From assembly GCA_017547755.1 (NCBI GenBank), contig JAFYOX010000107.1:22040-86039 (forward strand): a DNA stretch of 64,000 bases, in the 5' to 3' direction. A model generated the notes under the pieces. That model had not been told where the DNA came from. It searched no databases and saw nothing but the letters and a program-made list of their open reading frames with translations. The first letter of the stretch is position 1. Every line of letters begins with the position of its first letter. The stretch is from Clostridia bacterium (GTDB lineage: Bacteria > Bacillota > Clostridia > Oscillospirales > CAG-272). Of the stretch, positions 18,003 through 27,266 are shown piece by piece. A program made the translations under genes and the position numbers.

Positions 18003-19544
18003 ATGACTGTAACCGAAAAAATGTCGCGTGACCGCGTGGACGGCTTTCTGACTGCCAAAAACGGAAAGATGTACAACGGACGCGGAGAAGAAATTCTGCT
18101 CTGCGGGATGGGCGTCGGCAACTGGCTGCTGCCGGAAGGCTATATGTGGCGTTTCGGCGGACGATACAACCGCCCGCGCACCATTGAAGCGCTTGTGAGG
18201 GATCTCTGCGGCAGTACGTTTGCCGATTATTTCTGGAAACGCTTCCGCGAGGAGTACATTACCGAGTCCGACATCCGCGCGATGGCGGAAAACGGATTCA
18301 ATTCCGTCCGTCTGCCGGTCAACTGGCGTGTGGTGATGGAAGACGAACCGGGGGTCCGCTGGAAAGAAGACGGATTCCGTGCGATCGACCGTTTCATCGA
18401 TCTCTGTGAAAAGTACCGGCTGTACGTCTGTCTGGATCTGCACGGAGCACCCGGCGGTCAGACCGGACATAATATCGATGATTCCATTGACGATATCCCG
18501 CGCCTGTTTACCGATACCGCATCCGACAGCCGGGAAAAAACGCTTGCGCTGTGGTGCGAGTTCGCACGCCGTTACCGTGACCGCTGGATCGTCGGGATGT
18601 ACGACCTGCTCAACGAACCCGTACGTTCGCCGCAGGACGGTGCGCCTGCGCTGGATTATCCGGTCCTGCGCGAACGATTGAAGCAGTTCTACCGCGACTG
18701 CATCGCGGAGATCCGCAGAATCGACGGCAGACACATGATTTCGATCGAGAGCGACATCTGGGCAAGCCGCGCGGACTTCTTTGATGAAAAATTCGACGAC
18801 AATATGTGCGCGCATTTCCACCGCTACTGGTGTCCGCCGCGCCGTTTCATGTACGACGAATTCACCGCCAAGCGGGAGGAACTGGATATGACGCTCTATC
18901 TCGGCGAAACTGGAGAAAACAATATGCTCTGGTTTGCCGCCATGTATCCTCTTGCCGCGGAACTGGACATCGGCTATAACATCTGGCCGTGGAAGAAGAT
19001 GGCGACCGATTCGTCTCCCTGTTCGATCCGCATGCCGGCGCTGTGGCAGAAAATCATGGATTACACGAAGGGCGGCGACCGGCCGTCCTATGCGGAAGCA
19101 CAGGCGGCGTTTGACGAATATCTCGACAACATCCGCTTTGAAAACTGCGACTGGGTGAAGAACGTGATCCCGTCGATTTTCCGGAGACCGGGCTGTTCGT
19201 TCCGCGCGTGTGATTACAGTACCGCGAACGACGGCGTCCGCTGGGTGGACAAAGACGGCGAGACGATCTACGAATGGGAGAAAACGCTCACCGAATTCAC
19301 GGGTGGCGGTGCCGCGGAATACCGGCTGTATTCGGACGGCGAACCCGGCGTGATCGAATTCACGTCCGATTTTGAAAATGCGACGCTGGAAATTTCCGCG
19401 GACGGCGAAACTCTGCTGCGTACGACCTTGTCCGGACGGCGGGACATTGCGGTCCGTCTGAACGGCGGTCATGACTGCACGCTGGGGATCGCCTGCGTAA
19501 AGGGCAGCTTCACACTCGACACAATCTCATGGAAGAAAGCGTAA
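18003..19544 (+). CDS. GH5 family glycoside hydrolase (cellulase superfamily)
   Basis: 513 aa. GFNSVRLPVNW, LDLHGAPGGQ and the YDLLNEP catalytic acid/base motif. Confidence 0.85.
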   Translation: MTVTEKMSRDRVDGFLTAKNGKMYNGRGEEILLCGMGVGNWLLPEGYMWRFGGRYNRPRTIEALVRDLCGSTFADYFWKRFREEYITESDIRAMAENGFNSVRLPVNWRVVMEDEPGVRWKEDGFRAIDRFIDLCEKYRLYVCLDLHGAPGGQTGHNIDDSIDDIPRLFTDTASDSREKTLALWCEFARRYRDRWIVGMYDLLNEPVRSPQDGAPALDYPVLRERLKQFYRDCIAEIRRIDGRHMISIESDIWASRADFFDEKFDDNMCAHFHRYWCPPRRFMYDEFTAKREELDMTLYLGETGENNMLWFAAMYPLAAELDIGYNIWPWKKMATDSSPCSIRMPALWQKIMDYTKGGDRPSYAEAQAAFDEYLDNIRFENCDWVKNVIPSIFRRPGCSFRACDYSTANDGVRWVDKDGETIYEWEKTLTEFTGGGAAEYRLYSDGEPGVIEFTSDFENATLEISADGETLLRTTLSGRRDIAVRLNGGHDCTLGIACVKGSFTLDTISWKKA

Positions 19545-19549
19545 AACGT

Positions 19550-19966
19550 ATGAAGAGTCTGAATGTATGTGCGGTCTGGTCACCGGACCGCGAAAAGATT
19601 CTGATGTGTCTGCGCCGGAAGGATCCGTACCGCGGAAAATACAACATGCCCGGCGGACACGTGGAGGAAGGGGAGGATTCCCTGGATGCGGCGTACCGGG
19701 AACTGTACGAAGAAACGGCGATCACGCGGGATGACATCGAACTCACGCGGTTCATGGATTTTGTCTACCATCAGCACGGATTTGTGATCGAGGTATATTT
19801 CGGGATCCTCCGGCACGAAGTGGATGTCCGCGGGGAAGAAAACGATCTGTACTGGATCCCGCTGACGGAAAATTTCTTTGATTACGGAAAATTTGCGGGA
19901 GACGGGAACATCGGACACATTCTCCGGCTGATTTCCATGTGGGCAGCGGAACGCGAAAACGGCTGA
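19550..19966 (+). CDS. NUDIX hydrolase
   Basis: Nudix box GGHVEEGEDSLDAAYRELYEETAI. The start is either the ATG at 19550 or at 19529 (which overlaps the GH5 3' end). Confidence 0.85.
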   Translation: MKSLNVCAVWSPDREKILMCLRRKDPYRGKYNMPGGHVEEGEDSLDAAYRELYEETAITRDDIELTRFMDFVYHQHGFVIEVYFGILRHEVDVRGEENDLYWIPLTENFFDYGKFAGDGNIGHILRLISMWAAERENG

Positions 19967-19997
19967 CAGCGATATAAGCGATAGATTGGACAGAAAA

Positions 19998-20031
19998 ACA
20001 GGACTTCCGGTCATACCGACGGAAGTCCTGT
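19998..20031. terminator. Bidirectional terminator between convergent genes
   Basis: 12-bp stem ACAGGACTTCCG/CGGAAGTCCTGT flanked by an A-run and a T-rich tract. Confidence 0.75.
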
Positions 20032-20038
20032 TTATTGT

Positions 20039-20515
20039 TTATTTCTGATTTTTGTCCGCTTTTCTGCAGAGGAATCCGTCGATGATAAAGTGGATGATCG
20101 ACGGTCCGGAGGATAGATCGGGCTCTTTTTCTTTCCGGTGGTCGAGGTGGCGGTAGATGAGCAGATCGTCCGGGGAAGGCTCAAGCGGTTCCGATGGATG
20201 GGTATGAGCGGTGAAGAGGACGCCCTTCTTTTTTCGCGGCGTTCTTTTGGGTTTCGGCGGGGTTGGATTTTCCTCGCCGAGCCGGAGGTCACCGAGGGCT
20301 TTCTTCATGGATTTCCGGTCGAGGATGATCGGTTCCGGTTCGTCTTCGAAGTTGCAGATACTGTCGCGTCCCGGACGTCCGAGCGGATTCTGCGTATACC
20401 ATGTTGCGAAAACGGAGGCGCCGTCCTCATCCAGAGTTTCGGGATTCATACTGCGGATTTTTGCGTAACGGATGATTTCCGGAAGGAGAAGGTCGTGGTA
20501 ATAATCCTTTGCCAT
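20039..20515 (-). CDS. Hypothetical protein (158 aa), co-oriented 21 nt downstream of marR
   Basis: Intact ORF with a central basic Pro/Lys stretch (PTPPKPKRTPRKKKG). I recognise no family. Confidence 0.55.
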   Translation of the reverse strand: MAKDYYHDLLLPEIIRYAKIRSMNPETLDEDGASVFATWYTQNPLGRPGRDSICNFEDEPEPIILDRKSMKKALGDLRLGEENPTPPKPKRTPRKKKGVLFTAHTHPSEPLEPSPDDLLIYRHLDHRKEKEPDLSSGPSIIHFIIDGFLCRKADKNQK

Positions 20516-20536
20516 ACGGATCTGCGGTCCTGCGGA

Positions 20537-21040
20537 TCAGTCGCCGTCCGTGGAAACAGGCTTCGGAGCGATGCCGCGTTCGAGGCAGTTTTCGGCATCA
20601 CGGCGCATGAGGGAAGACATGATTTCCGAACATTCGGCGATTTTTACCTTATCTTCCTCGGAGAATCCGGAAAGCGTCGAGAGAATTTCGTGAACGATTT
20701 CCCCGAGCATTTTTTCGAGGTGCTGGACCCCGCGGTCCGTGATTTCAATATAGACCTTCCGGCGGTTTTCCTTATTATGAGACCGGACAACATACTGCTT
20801 TTCTTCGAGATCGTTGACTAGCTTGGTGAGCTGCTGTTTCGTGATCCCCATTTCGTTCGCAAACTCCGTCATCGTTACCGGGCAGTTCCGGTACGCACGG
20901 AGTGCGTACAGCGTCGAAAATCCGTGCGAGTGCATCCGGTACTCATTCGCGTCCACCAGATGCCGCCGCATCATCGCATAATAATCAACCATAAAATCAA
21001 GAAATTTCCGCGCAATCGCTAAATCGTTTGCCTCTGTCAC
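20537..21040 (-). CDS. MarR family transcriptional regulator
   Basis: 167 aa. Winged-helix pattern FSTLYALRAY..VTMTEFANEMGITKQQLTKLVNDLEEKQYVVRSHNKENRRKVYIEITDRG. GTG start with a GGAGGG SD. Confidence 0.85.
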   Translation of the reverse strand: MTEANDLAIARKFLDFMVDYYAMMRRHLVDANEYRMHSHGFSTLYALRAYRNCPVTMTEFANEMGITKQQLTKLVNDLEEKQYVVRSHNKENRRKVYIEITDRGVQHLEKMLGEIVHEILSTLSGFSEEDKVKIAECSEIMSSLMRRDAENCLERGIAPKPVSTDGD

Positions 21041-21106
21041 TTACAATTCCCTCCGTTTCCTCCGCGTCTTCATTCGCCACGGCTGTCAAAATTCTTCATT
21101 TCTTTA

Positions 21107-21135
21107 ATTATATCATACTTTTCGGAAACTGTCAA
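21107..21135 (-). promoter_or_regulatory. Candidate consensus sigma-70 promoter for marR
   Basis: Minus strand: TTGACA, 17-nt spacer, TATAAT. Confidence 0.55.
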
Positions 21136-21283
21136 TCAGATAAACTATAATCATGTGTGAATTGTTTATACATGGAAAGGGTATGTTTTGTGCGGATTTT
21201 TTAAAAAGCGACCGTCTCCCCATTCCGCCACCTTTGCACAAACTTCCCCAAGCAGGAAAAAACAAATACAAAAATTCTTTCTA

Positions 21284-21312
21284 TTGCAAAATCAGATAGA
21301 GCGAGTTATAAT
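21284..21312 (+). promoter_or_regulatory. Candidate sigma-70 promoter for the 21365/21497 transcript
   Basis: TTGCAA, 17-nt spacer, TATAAT. Confidence 0.5.
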
Positions 21313-21364
21313 AGAGATACAGCAACCGGTGCTGAAATCCTCGAAGAAAAGGAGGTAATGTGAG

Positions 21365-21397
21365 ATGACAATTGCTATGGAGGTGGCTGTACTCTGA
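21365..21397 (+). CDS. Candidate 10-codon leader ORF (MTIAMEVAVL)
   Basis: AAGGAGG SD 9 nt upstream. Lies about 45 nt downstream of the predicted -10 and upstream of hairpin 21455..21481. Confidence 0.3.
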   Translation: MTIAMEVAVL

Positions 21398-21454
21398 CGG
21401 GATCCGGAGACGGAGACGTCGGTGTACCCACTTTGAGACAACGGGATAGGTGCT

Positions 21455-21481
21455 CATGGCAGGGGACTGCCGTGGGCTTTT
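21455..21481 (+). promoter_or_regulatory. Terminator-like hairpin in the 5' leader of the CD3324-like gene
   Basis: CATGGCAG-GGGA-CTGCCGTG (8 bp, one G-U pair) followed by GGCTTTTCCCG. Ends 16 nt before the ATG at 21497, which has no visible SD. Confidence 0.35.
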
Positions 21482-21496
21482 CCCGCGTTCTGACGA

Positions 21497-21814
21497 ATGG
21501 AGTCGTGCATTACGAAAGGCGGTACACCTATAGGCTACATAAATGCGGAGGAAGTTCTGCCGAAGGAACTTCTGGCACAGATCAGATTGTATATTGAGGG
21601 CGAAGCGATCTATATTCCGAAGGAAACGACGGAGAAGCGGAAGTCGTGGGGCGGCAAGACCGGAACCCGCGCCGAGTACGACCGCAGGAACCGCGCGATC
21701 GCTGAAGAATACCGCGGCGGACGGTCTGTGAACGACCTCGCCGAGAAATACTGTCTCTGCCCGGACAGCATCCGGAAGATTCTCCGGAACCGTATGGAGG
21801 AGGAAACGACATGA
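21497..21814 (+). CDS. CD3324/Mor-like small HTH protein
   Basis: 105 aa. YINAEEVLPKELLAQIRLYIEGEAIYIP plus a C-terminal SVNDLAEKYCLCPDSIRKIL HTH. Confidence 0.6.
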   Translation: MESCITKGGTPIGYINAEEVLPKELLAQIRLYIEGEAIYIPKETTEKRKSWGGKTGTRAEYDRRNRAIAEEYRGGRSVNDLAEKYCLCPDSIRKILRNRMEEETT

Positions 21815-22050
21815 AATGCCCGTTCTGCGGAAAAGATATGGAAAAAGGTTACATTCAGTCCCGTGACGGCGTCATCTGGCGGAAAAAGAAAAGTGCGGTG
21901 TCCGCACTTGCCTGTTTTGCGTCCGATGCGGTGGATCTCGGCACATCCGACGGGAACCCGTTCGGCGGCAGTTTTGCTGTCGTCTACCGCTGTGCGGACT
22001 GCGGAAAATTCCTCATCGATACCCAAAACGGAAACCATACGGAATCATAA
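21811..22050 (+). CDS. Small zinc-ribbon protein (DUF6487-like)
   Basis: 79 aa. CPFC..(50 aa)..CADCG. ATGA overlap with the upstream gene. Confidence 0.6.
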   Translation: MKCPFCGKDMEKGYIQSRDGVIWRKKKSAVSALACFASDAVDLGTSDGNPFGGSFAVVYRCADCGKFLIDTQNGNHTES

Positions 22051-22064
22051 TTTCCACGAAATAC

Positions 22065-22093
22065 AAAAAGGACTGTCCGAACAGTCCTTTTTT
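22065..22093. terminator. Bidirectional terminator
   Basis: AAAAAGGACTGT-CCGA-ACAGTCCTTTTTT. Confidence 0.8.
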
Positions 22094-22104
22094 CTGTTTT
22101 CCGT

Positions 22105-22644
22105 TTATTTTCGCATTTCCGCGAGTTTCCACAGTGTATCTTCAACGATGCGGTAACGCTTCGCCGCGTGACCGACGAACGCCGGAGATGCGATGAAAGC
22201 ATCCGCCGTGCCGCGCTCCAGCCAGATGTGATCGACGGTCTCGCCTTCCTGATAGATGACTTCCGGGCACGGTTCGTCGTCCGGAAGAATCAGCGCGTAG
22301 GCGTCCATCCGCCAGAGGTGACCGCCGCGCGCGATCCGGAGAAGGGACGAGATCGGCAGAAATTCCGACGGATCCCGCACGATCCCCGTTTCTTCCGCAA
22401 GTTCGCGGGAAGCACCGGTCAGGCTGTCTTCCCCGGCAACCACCGAGCCGCCCGTGTATTCCCACAGACCGCCGTACGGCTTGCGGGAATCCCGCTTCGT
22501 CAGCAGAAGTTTGCCGCGGTGGATGGTGTAGATCTCCACAACGATGTGGAATTTGTCCTGCGGGAACGGTTCGTCGCTGTCGCGGACGAATTTTTCGTCC
22601 GTGAGATTGCCGTGCAGGTCGTATAAATCCCAGAGTTCCGCCAT
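22105..22644 (-). CDS. NUDIX hydrolase
   Basis: Nudix box GGSVVAGEDSLTGASRELAEETGI. Confidence 0.85.
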   Translation of the reverse strand: MAELWDLYDLHGNLTDEKFVRDSDEPFPQDKFHIVVEIYTIHRGKLLLTKRDSRKPYGGLWEYTGGSVVAGEDSLTGASRELAEETGIVRDPSEFLPISSLLRIARGGHLWRMDAYALILPDDEPCPEVIYQEGETVDHIWLERGTADAFIASPAFVGHAAKRYRIVEDTLWKLAEMRK

Positions 22645-22645
22645 T

Positions 22646-23746
22646 TTATTCGTCTTCCTCCGTCTCTGAAAGTTCGTCCGTGATATCGGCTACCAGAGAG
22701 ATCTGTCCAGAGCCAACGGATGCGTCGTTTTTCGCACGGTACGGGATGCCGAGATGTTCGTAGCCCATCCGCGTGACCATGCGTCCGCGCGTTGTCCGCG
22801 CGAGGAATCCGATCTGCAGGAGATACGGCTCGCAGACGTCTTCGATCGTGATCGCTTCTTCGCCGATGGTTGCCGCCAGCGTTTCCAGACCGACCGGACC
22901 GCCGTCGTAGGAGCGGATGATCGTTTCGAGCATCCGGCGGTCGGTCAGGTCAAGCCCAAGTTCGTCGATCTCGAGCATCTTCAGTGAGCTCTGTGCCATT
23001 TCCAGCGTGATCCGTCCGTCGCCCTTGACCTGCGCGTAGTCGCGGACACGCTTCAGAAGACGGTTGGCAATACGCGGCGTTCCGCGGGAACGGGAGGCGA
23101 TTTCCATCGCGCCTTCTTCGTCGATCGGAACGTCCAGGATCGACGCGCTGCGCTTGACGATGATCGCCAGTTCTTCCGGAGTGTACAGTTCCAGGCGCTG
23201 CTGTACGCCGAATCGGTCGCGCAGAGGCGTGCTGAGCTGACCGGCACGGGTAGTCGCGCCGATGAGCGTGAAGTGCGGGATGTCGATCCGGATGCTTCGC
23301 GCGGAAGGTCCTTTGCCGAGGAAAATATCGATGGCGAAGTCTTCCATGGCGGAGTAGAGGAATTCTTCCGTGTTTCGGGTGATCCGGTGGATTTCGTCGA
23401 TGAAGAGGACATCGCCTTCGCTGAGATTGGTGAGAAGCGCGACGAGGTCGCCGCCCTTTTCCAGCGCGGGACCGGAGGTGATCCGGAGATTGACCCCCAT
23501 TTCGTTGGCGATGATTGCGGACAGCGTGGTTTTGCCGAGTCCGGGCGGGCCGTAGAGAAGGACGTGGTCGATGGTGTCGCCGCGAAGTTTGGCAGCGCCG
23601 AGAAGGATCTTCAGATTTTCCTTCGCACGTTCCTGCCCGATGTATTCGTCCAGCGAATGCGGACGGAGGCTGGCTTCGCCGTCCCCGTCTTCGCGCGTGA
23701 ATTCCGTCGTCACGATCCGGTTTTCAAAATCAAATTCTTCAAACAT
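22646..23746 (-). CDS. ruvB: Holliday junction branch migration helicase RuvB
   Basis: [19 protein letters not shown], Walker [15 protein letters not shown]. The start is the ATG at 23746 (MFEEFDF). The track start at 23809 reads through repeat copy E. Has an acidic C-terminal tail. Confidence 0.95.
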   Translation of the reverse strand: MFEEFDFENRIVTTEFTREDGDGEASLRPHSLDEYIGQERAKENLKILLGAAKLRGDTIDHVLLYGPPGLGKTTLSAIIANEMGVNLRITSGPALEKGGDLVALLTNLSEGDVLFIDEIHRITRNTEEFLYSAMEDFAIDIFLGKGPSARSIRIDIPHFTLIGATTRAGQLSTPLRDRFGVQQRLELYTPEELAIIVKRSASILDVPIDEEGAMEIASRSRGTPRIANRLLKRVRDYAQVKGDGRITLEMAQSSLKMLEIDELGLDLTDRRMLETIIRSYDGGPVGLETLAATIGEEAITIEDVCEPYLLQIGFLARTTRGRMVTRMGYEHLGIPYRAKNDASVGSGQISLVADITDELSETEEDE

Positions 23747-23763
23747 TATATGTGTATATTTTC

Positions 23764-23821
23764 CCGGGGGAAACTTTTTTGAAAAAAGTTTCCCCCGGAC
23801 CCCTTTCAAAAAACTTCAATC
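23764..23821 (+). repeat. Dispersed palindromic repeat, copy E (between ruvA and ruvB)
   Basis: Core CCGGGGGAAACTTTTTTGAAAAAAGTTTCCCCCGG and tail ACCCCTTTCAAAAAACTTCAATC. Confidence 0.9.
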
Positions 23822-23851
23822 TGTTATGGGTATTAAGTTGGGTTCAAATCG

Positions 23852-24508
23852 TTAGTTTTTCATCAGGACGGCGAGCGCCTGTTTGATGATGGTTTCGGTG
23901 GACTTTGTGGTGTCGACATTCTTCATGGCGGCGGTGACTTCCGAACGGGAGTAACCGAGGACGACGAGGGCATCACGCGCATCTGCGAGACTGCCGGATT
24001 TCGCCGGTTTTTCGGCTGCGGCGGGTGCGTCCGGTTCCGCGGTATTGTCGGCGGTGAACTGCGGGAAGTTTTTCGCAACTTTTTCCTTCAGCTCCAGAAC
24101 AACGCGCGCGGCGGTCTTTGCGCCGACGCCGGGAGCACGGGAAATGGCTTTGGTGTCTTCCGACGCGATGACAAGCGCGAGTTTTTTCGGCGTGAGAAGG
24201 GAAAGGATCGACATTCCCGCCTTCGGGCCGACGCCCGATACGCTGATGAGCAGGCGGAACATATCCAGTTCTTCGCGGCTGTAGAAGCCGTACAGTTCCA
24301 CGCCGTCTTCGCGGACCGCCATATGTGTGTAGATGCGGACCGGTTTTCCGGAGATCTGCGTGCCGTCCGGTTCGTATTCCGGCGCGGGAAGCTGGGCGAG
24401 TGTGTTTGCGGTCACCGAAACTTTGTAGCCGACACCCGCACATTCGATGATCGCGGTGCAGGCGAGGGCGTCGGTTTCAAAAATTCTTCCGTATAAGGTT
24501 TCGATCAT
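23852..24508 (-). CDS. ruvA: Holliday junction DNA helicase RuvA
   Basis: 218 aa. MIETLYGRI.., an HhH region (LLISVSGVGPKAGMSIL, ISRAPGVGAKTAARVVLEL) and a C-terminal domain III. Confidence 0.95.
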   Translation of the reverse strand: MIETLYGRIFETDALACTAIIECAGVGYKVSVTANTLAQLPAPEYEPDGTQISGKPVRIYTHMAVREDGVELYGFYSREELDMFRLLISVSGVGPKAGMSILSLLTPKKLALVIASEDTKAISRAPGVGAKTAARVVLELKEKVAKNFPQFTADNTAEPDAPAAAEKPAKSGSLADARDALVVLGYSRSEVTAAMKNVDTTKSTETIIKQALAVLMKN

Positions 24509-27258
24509 TGCTGTATATCCTCGTGTTGATGATGGATGGATTCTTCGGGAACGGCGGATCTCCTGCGTTTTTCGAGAAGCTCAAACGCACAGGCACCGGC
24601 AAAAATGAGAAGACCGGTGAAGGTCAGCAGAAGTCCGTACTTCACGCAGTCGGGCTTGTAGCGCAGCTCCAGTTCGTGTTCTCCGGGCGTGATCCGGAAG
24701 GCAAGGAGCGTTTCGTTCAGAACGGGAAGGGGCTCCGCTTTCTGTCCGTCCACGGTGACTTCCCATCCGGCATCGTAGGGGATGGTCGTGAAGACGACGC
24801 TGTCGCCTTCCGGCACGGTGATGGTGCCTGTGATGCGGTCATCCTTTTCGGAATACGCGTCCATATTGCCGTCCCGCAGTTCTTCGACCGCCTCGCGGAA
24901 GGCTTCTTCATCGAAATGCCAGAAGTACTGACAGCCGGACTGGAGGTACAGGTCGTTCTCTTCCGGATACAGACGGAAGTCGACCTGTTCGTCGACTTCA
25001 AACGAGCCGAGTTCGCGGATTGCGAAATTCTGGGAGTCGAAGAATGTGCCGATCTCGCGGTCGTTGACCTTTATCGTGCATTCCCGCGGCCAGTCGGACG
25101 GGAAGTAGACGTACAGCAGATCGTCGGACTGGATGTCGAGAATGTACTGCAGTTTCGGTGTAAGTTCGCCGTTGACCTCGTAGCCGCGGTGATTGGGCGA
25201 AAATGCCATGTCCACGCCGTAAACTTCGGAATTTTCGACGCGGCACGCGTGCCAGATCCTGACGTCGCGTCCGAGAAGAGCAGACATCATCTTGTTCATA
25301 TAGGTGAACGGATCGACGGGAACGTCGTCGTCCGGATCTTCCGGCGGAGCGTCGTAGGACAGGATTTTTTCGTTCGCGGAATACGCGACGGAAAGCGCGA
25401 AGGGATTTTCGTAGATATCGAGGTGTCCGTAGGTGGAGTCGTAATGCTCATACATCTGATGGATGTATTCCATGACCGGCTTGTCGTCCGTTTCGTCGAC
25501 GATGACATACTTTACGCCGAGCAGGGCGTCGGTCACGGCGGTCGCGCCGATGTACATCGACCAGTGAGACTGTGCCGCGTAGCCGAGCTGATGCATGAGA
25601 TCCACTGCACGTGCGTTGAGCGTGGAGGTGGAGTTGGAAAGACCGTTGAGGTCAAGCGCGAAATTGTCGTTTTTCCGGCGGTGAACGAGTTTTTCCACAC
25701 GGTAGAGCGCATTTTCCTCGTTTGCGGGGAGTTTTTCGACGGCTTCATCGTAGGTGTCGATCATCTGACGGTACGAATTCCGCTTGGAATAGGAAACGTC
25801 CGCGTCAAACTGATAGACCATTGCAAGCGCGTTGAGAAGCATTTCCGCCGTCACGACGGCAGCGAGAACGCCCGGCAGGATTTTTGAGGATGTCCGCACA
25901 GCCGTGGTCGGAACCAGCGCACCGTAAACGGCGAGCAGGAAGAGCCCGCCCCAGATCACGATGAAATCGTGCAGGAAATCGTAGTCCATTTTCTGGAGGA
26001 TCACCAGCATCGCACACCAGAACACGCCGGAGGAAAGGATCGTCCGGCGGTCGAAATGGCGGAGATTCTCCAGAACATCCGCGGTCAGAACGATCAGCAG
26101 GGCGACGAACATATAGGCAAAGCGGGAATTGAGCCAGTTCGGACGCTGCATTCCGTGCCAGAGAATATCGAGAAGGCTGAAATTGAAGCTCGCCGCGAGG
26201 ATCAGAAGAATGGCGGCATAGCCGACCTTCTTCCGCGTCGGGAAGCGGTCGCTGAAGAAATACAGCGGCGCGAGGATGAGCGCGAGCGTTCCGCCGAACA
26301 GGAAGGGCATTCCGGTCGGGCGGACGGTATCGTAGGAACCGAAGAACGCCTTGGTCAGGAGATCGGCGAAATCAAAGAGCTGTTCCGCCGTGTATTCGGG
26401 ATCGGAGAATTCCAGTTTCCCGAAGGAAAGCGAATAGTACACCGGCAGGATGATGATCGCCGAGATCGAGAGGGCGATGAGCGACCAGAACGCGATCCGG
26501 CAGAGCGTACGGAGAAAGTGCTTTGTTTCGCCGGACGGATTGCGTTCTTCCGGCGCGAACATGAAGTAGCGGATGAAGAACCAGATCAGCGTAAACAGGC
26601 ATGCCATGTAGCCGATGTAGAAGTTCGACATCATCGCGTAAACGAGCGAGAGGACATACAGCTTGTATTTCCCGTGACAGATCAGCGCGTCGATCCCCAG
26701 CAGAAGAAGCGGGAACGCGATGAGGTTGTCCGTCCACATGACGTTGTGCTGCATGACGACGGCGTACGACGACAGGGCGTACATCACCGAAAGCATCACG
26801 CGGTACGGCGGCTTCAGCCGGTGTTTTTGTGTGAGATAATACCCGAAGGTCAGTCCGCAGAACCCGCATTTCAGCACGAGAATGAGGTACATCGCCTCGG
26901 TGATGTTCTGCCGCGGAAACAATGCGACGAGGACGGAGAACGGGCTCGACAGATAGTACGCGAAAATGCCGAGAAACTCTCCGCCGAGCGCACGCTCGAA
27001 GGAGTACAGGATCGATTCTCCGGACAGGAGGATCTCGCGGAGCTGTTCAAAATAATAGATGTACTGCGCGTTGAGGTCAAGAACCAGGACGGAATTTTTT
27101 CCGACCGGATATACCTGCAGGCAGCAGTAGATGACGACCGTCAGAAACGCGGGCAGGAAAAAGCACCACAGGAGGGTCTTTGCGTTTTCCGACAGCGGGA
27201 TTTTCCGGAGAAAATGCCGCTCTTTTTTGTCAGTTTTTTCTTCCGTGATCGTGTCCAT
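24505..27258 (-). CDS. YfhO family polytopic membrane protein (glycosyltransferase-like)
   Basis: 917 aa. More than 12 TM segments in the N-terminal two-thirds plus a large C-terminal extracytoplasmic domain and a final TM. Its stop overlaps the ruvA start by 4 nt. Confidence 0.8.
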   Translation of the reverse strand: MDTITEEKTDKKERHFLRKIPLSENAKTLLWCFFLPAFLTVVIYCCLQVYPVGKNSVLVLDLNAQYIYYFEQLREILLSGESILYSFERALGGEFLGIFAYYLSSPFSVLVALFPRQNITEAMYLILVLKCGFCGLTFGYYLTQKHRLKPPYRVMLSVMYALSSYAVVMQHNVMWTDNLIAFPLLLLGIDALICHGKYKLYVLSLVYAMMSNFYIGYMACLFTLIWFFIRYFMFAPEERNPSGETKHFLRTLCRIAFWSLIALSISAIIILPVYYSLSFGKLEFSDPEYTAEQLFDFADLLTKAFFGSYDTVRPTGMPFLFGGTLALILAPLYFFSDRFPTRKKVGYAAILLILAASFNFSLLDILWHGMQRPNWLNSRFAYMFVALLIVLTADVLENLRHFDRRTILSSGVFWCAMLVILQKMDYDFLHDFIVIWGGLFLLAVYGALVPTTAVRTSSKILPGVLAAVVTAEMLLNALAMVYQFDADVSYSKRNSYRQMIDTYDEAVEKLPANEENALYRVEKLVHRRKNDNFALDLNGLSNSTSTLNARAVDLMHQLGYAAQSHWSMYIGATAVTDALLGVKYVIVDETDDKPVMEYIHQMYEHYDSTYGHLDIYENPFALSVAYSANEKILSYDAPPEDPDDDVPVDPFTYMNKMMSALLGRDVRIWHACRVENSEVYGVDMAFSPNHRGYEVNGELTPKLQYILDIQSDDLLYVYFPSDWPRECTIKVNDREIGTFFDSQNFAIRELGSFEVDEQVDFRLYPEENDLYLQSGCQYFWHFDEEAFREAVEELRDGNMDAYSEKDDRITGTITVPEGDSVVFTTIPYDAGWEVTVDGQKAEPLPVLNETLLAFRITPGEHELELRYKPDCVKYGLLLTFTGLLIFAGACAFELLEKRRRSAVPEESIHHQHEDIQQ

Positions 27259-27266
27259 GATAGGTT

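Noticed and set aside
16669-19472. Long minus-strand ORFs (16669..17898 and 17943..19472)
   Set aside because: Antisense shadows of the XRE regulator and the GH5 gene. The same reasoning applies to 9364..10692, 10918..12222, 24508..27300, 30074..31669, 33769..35247, 45508..47301 and 51634..53172.
21359-21364. ATG-TGA minimal ORF right after the AAGGAGG SD
   Set aside because: The spacing to the SD is only 2 nt. The ATG at 21365 has better spacing. It is kept only as context for the leader finding.
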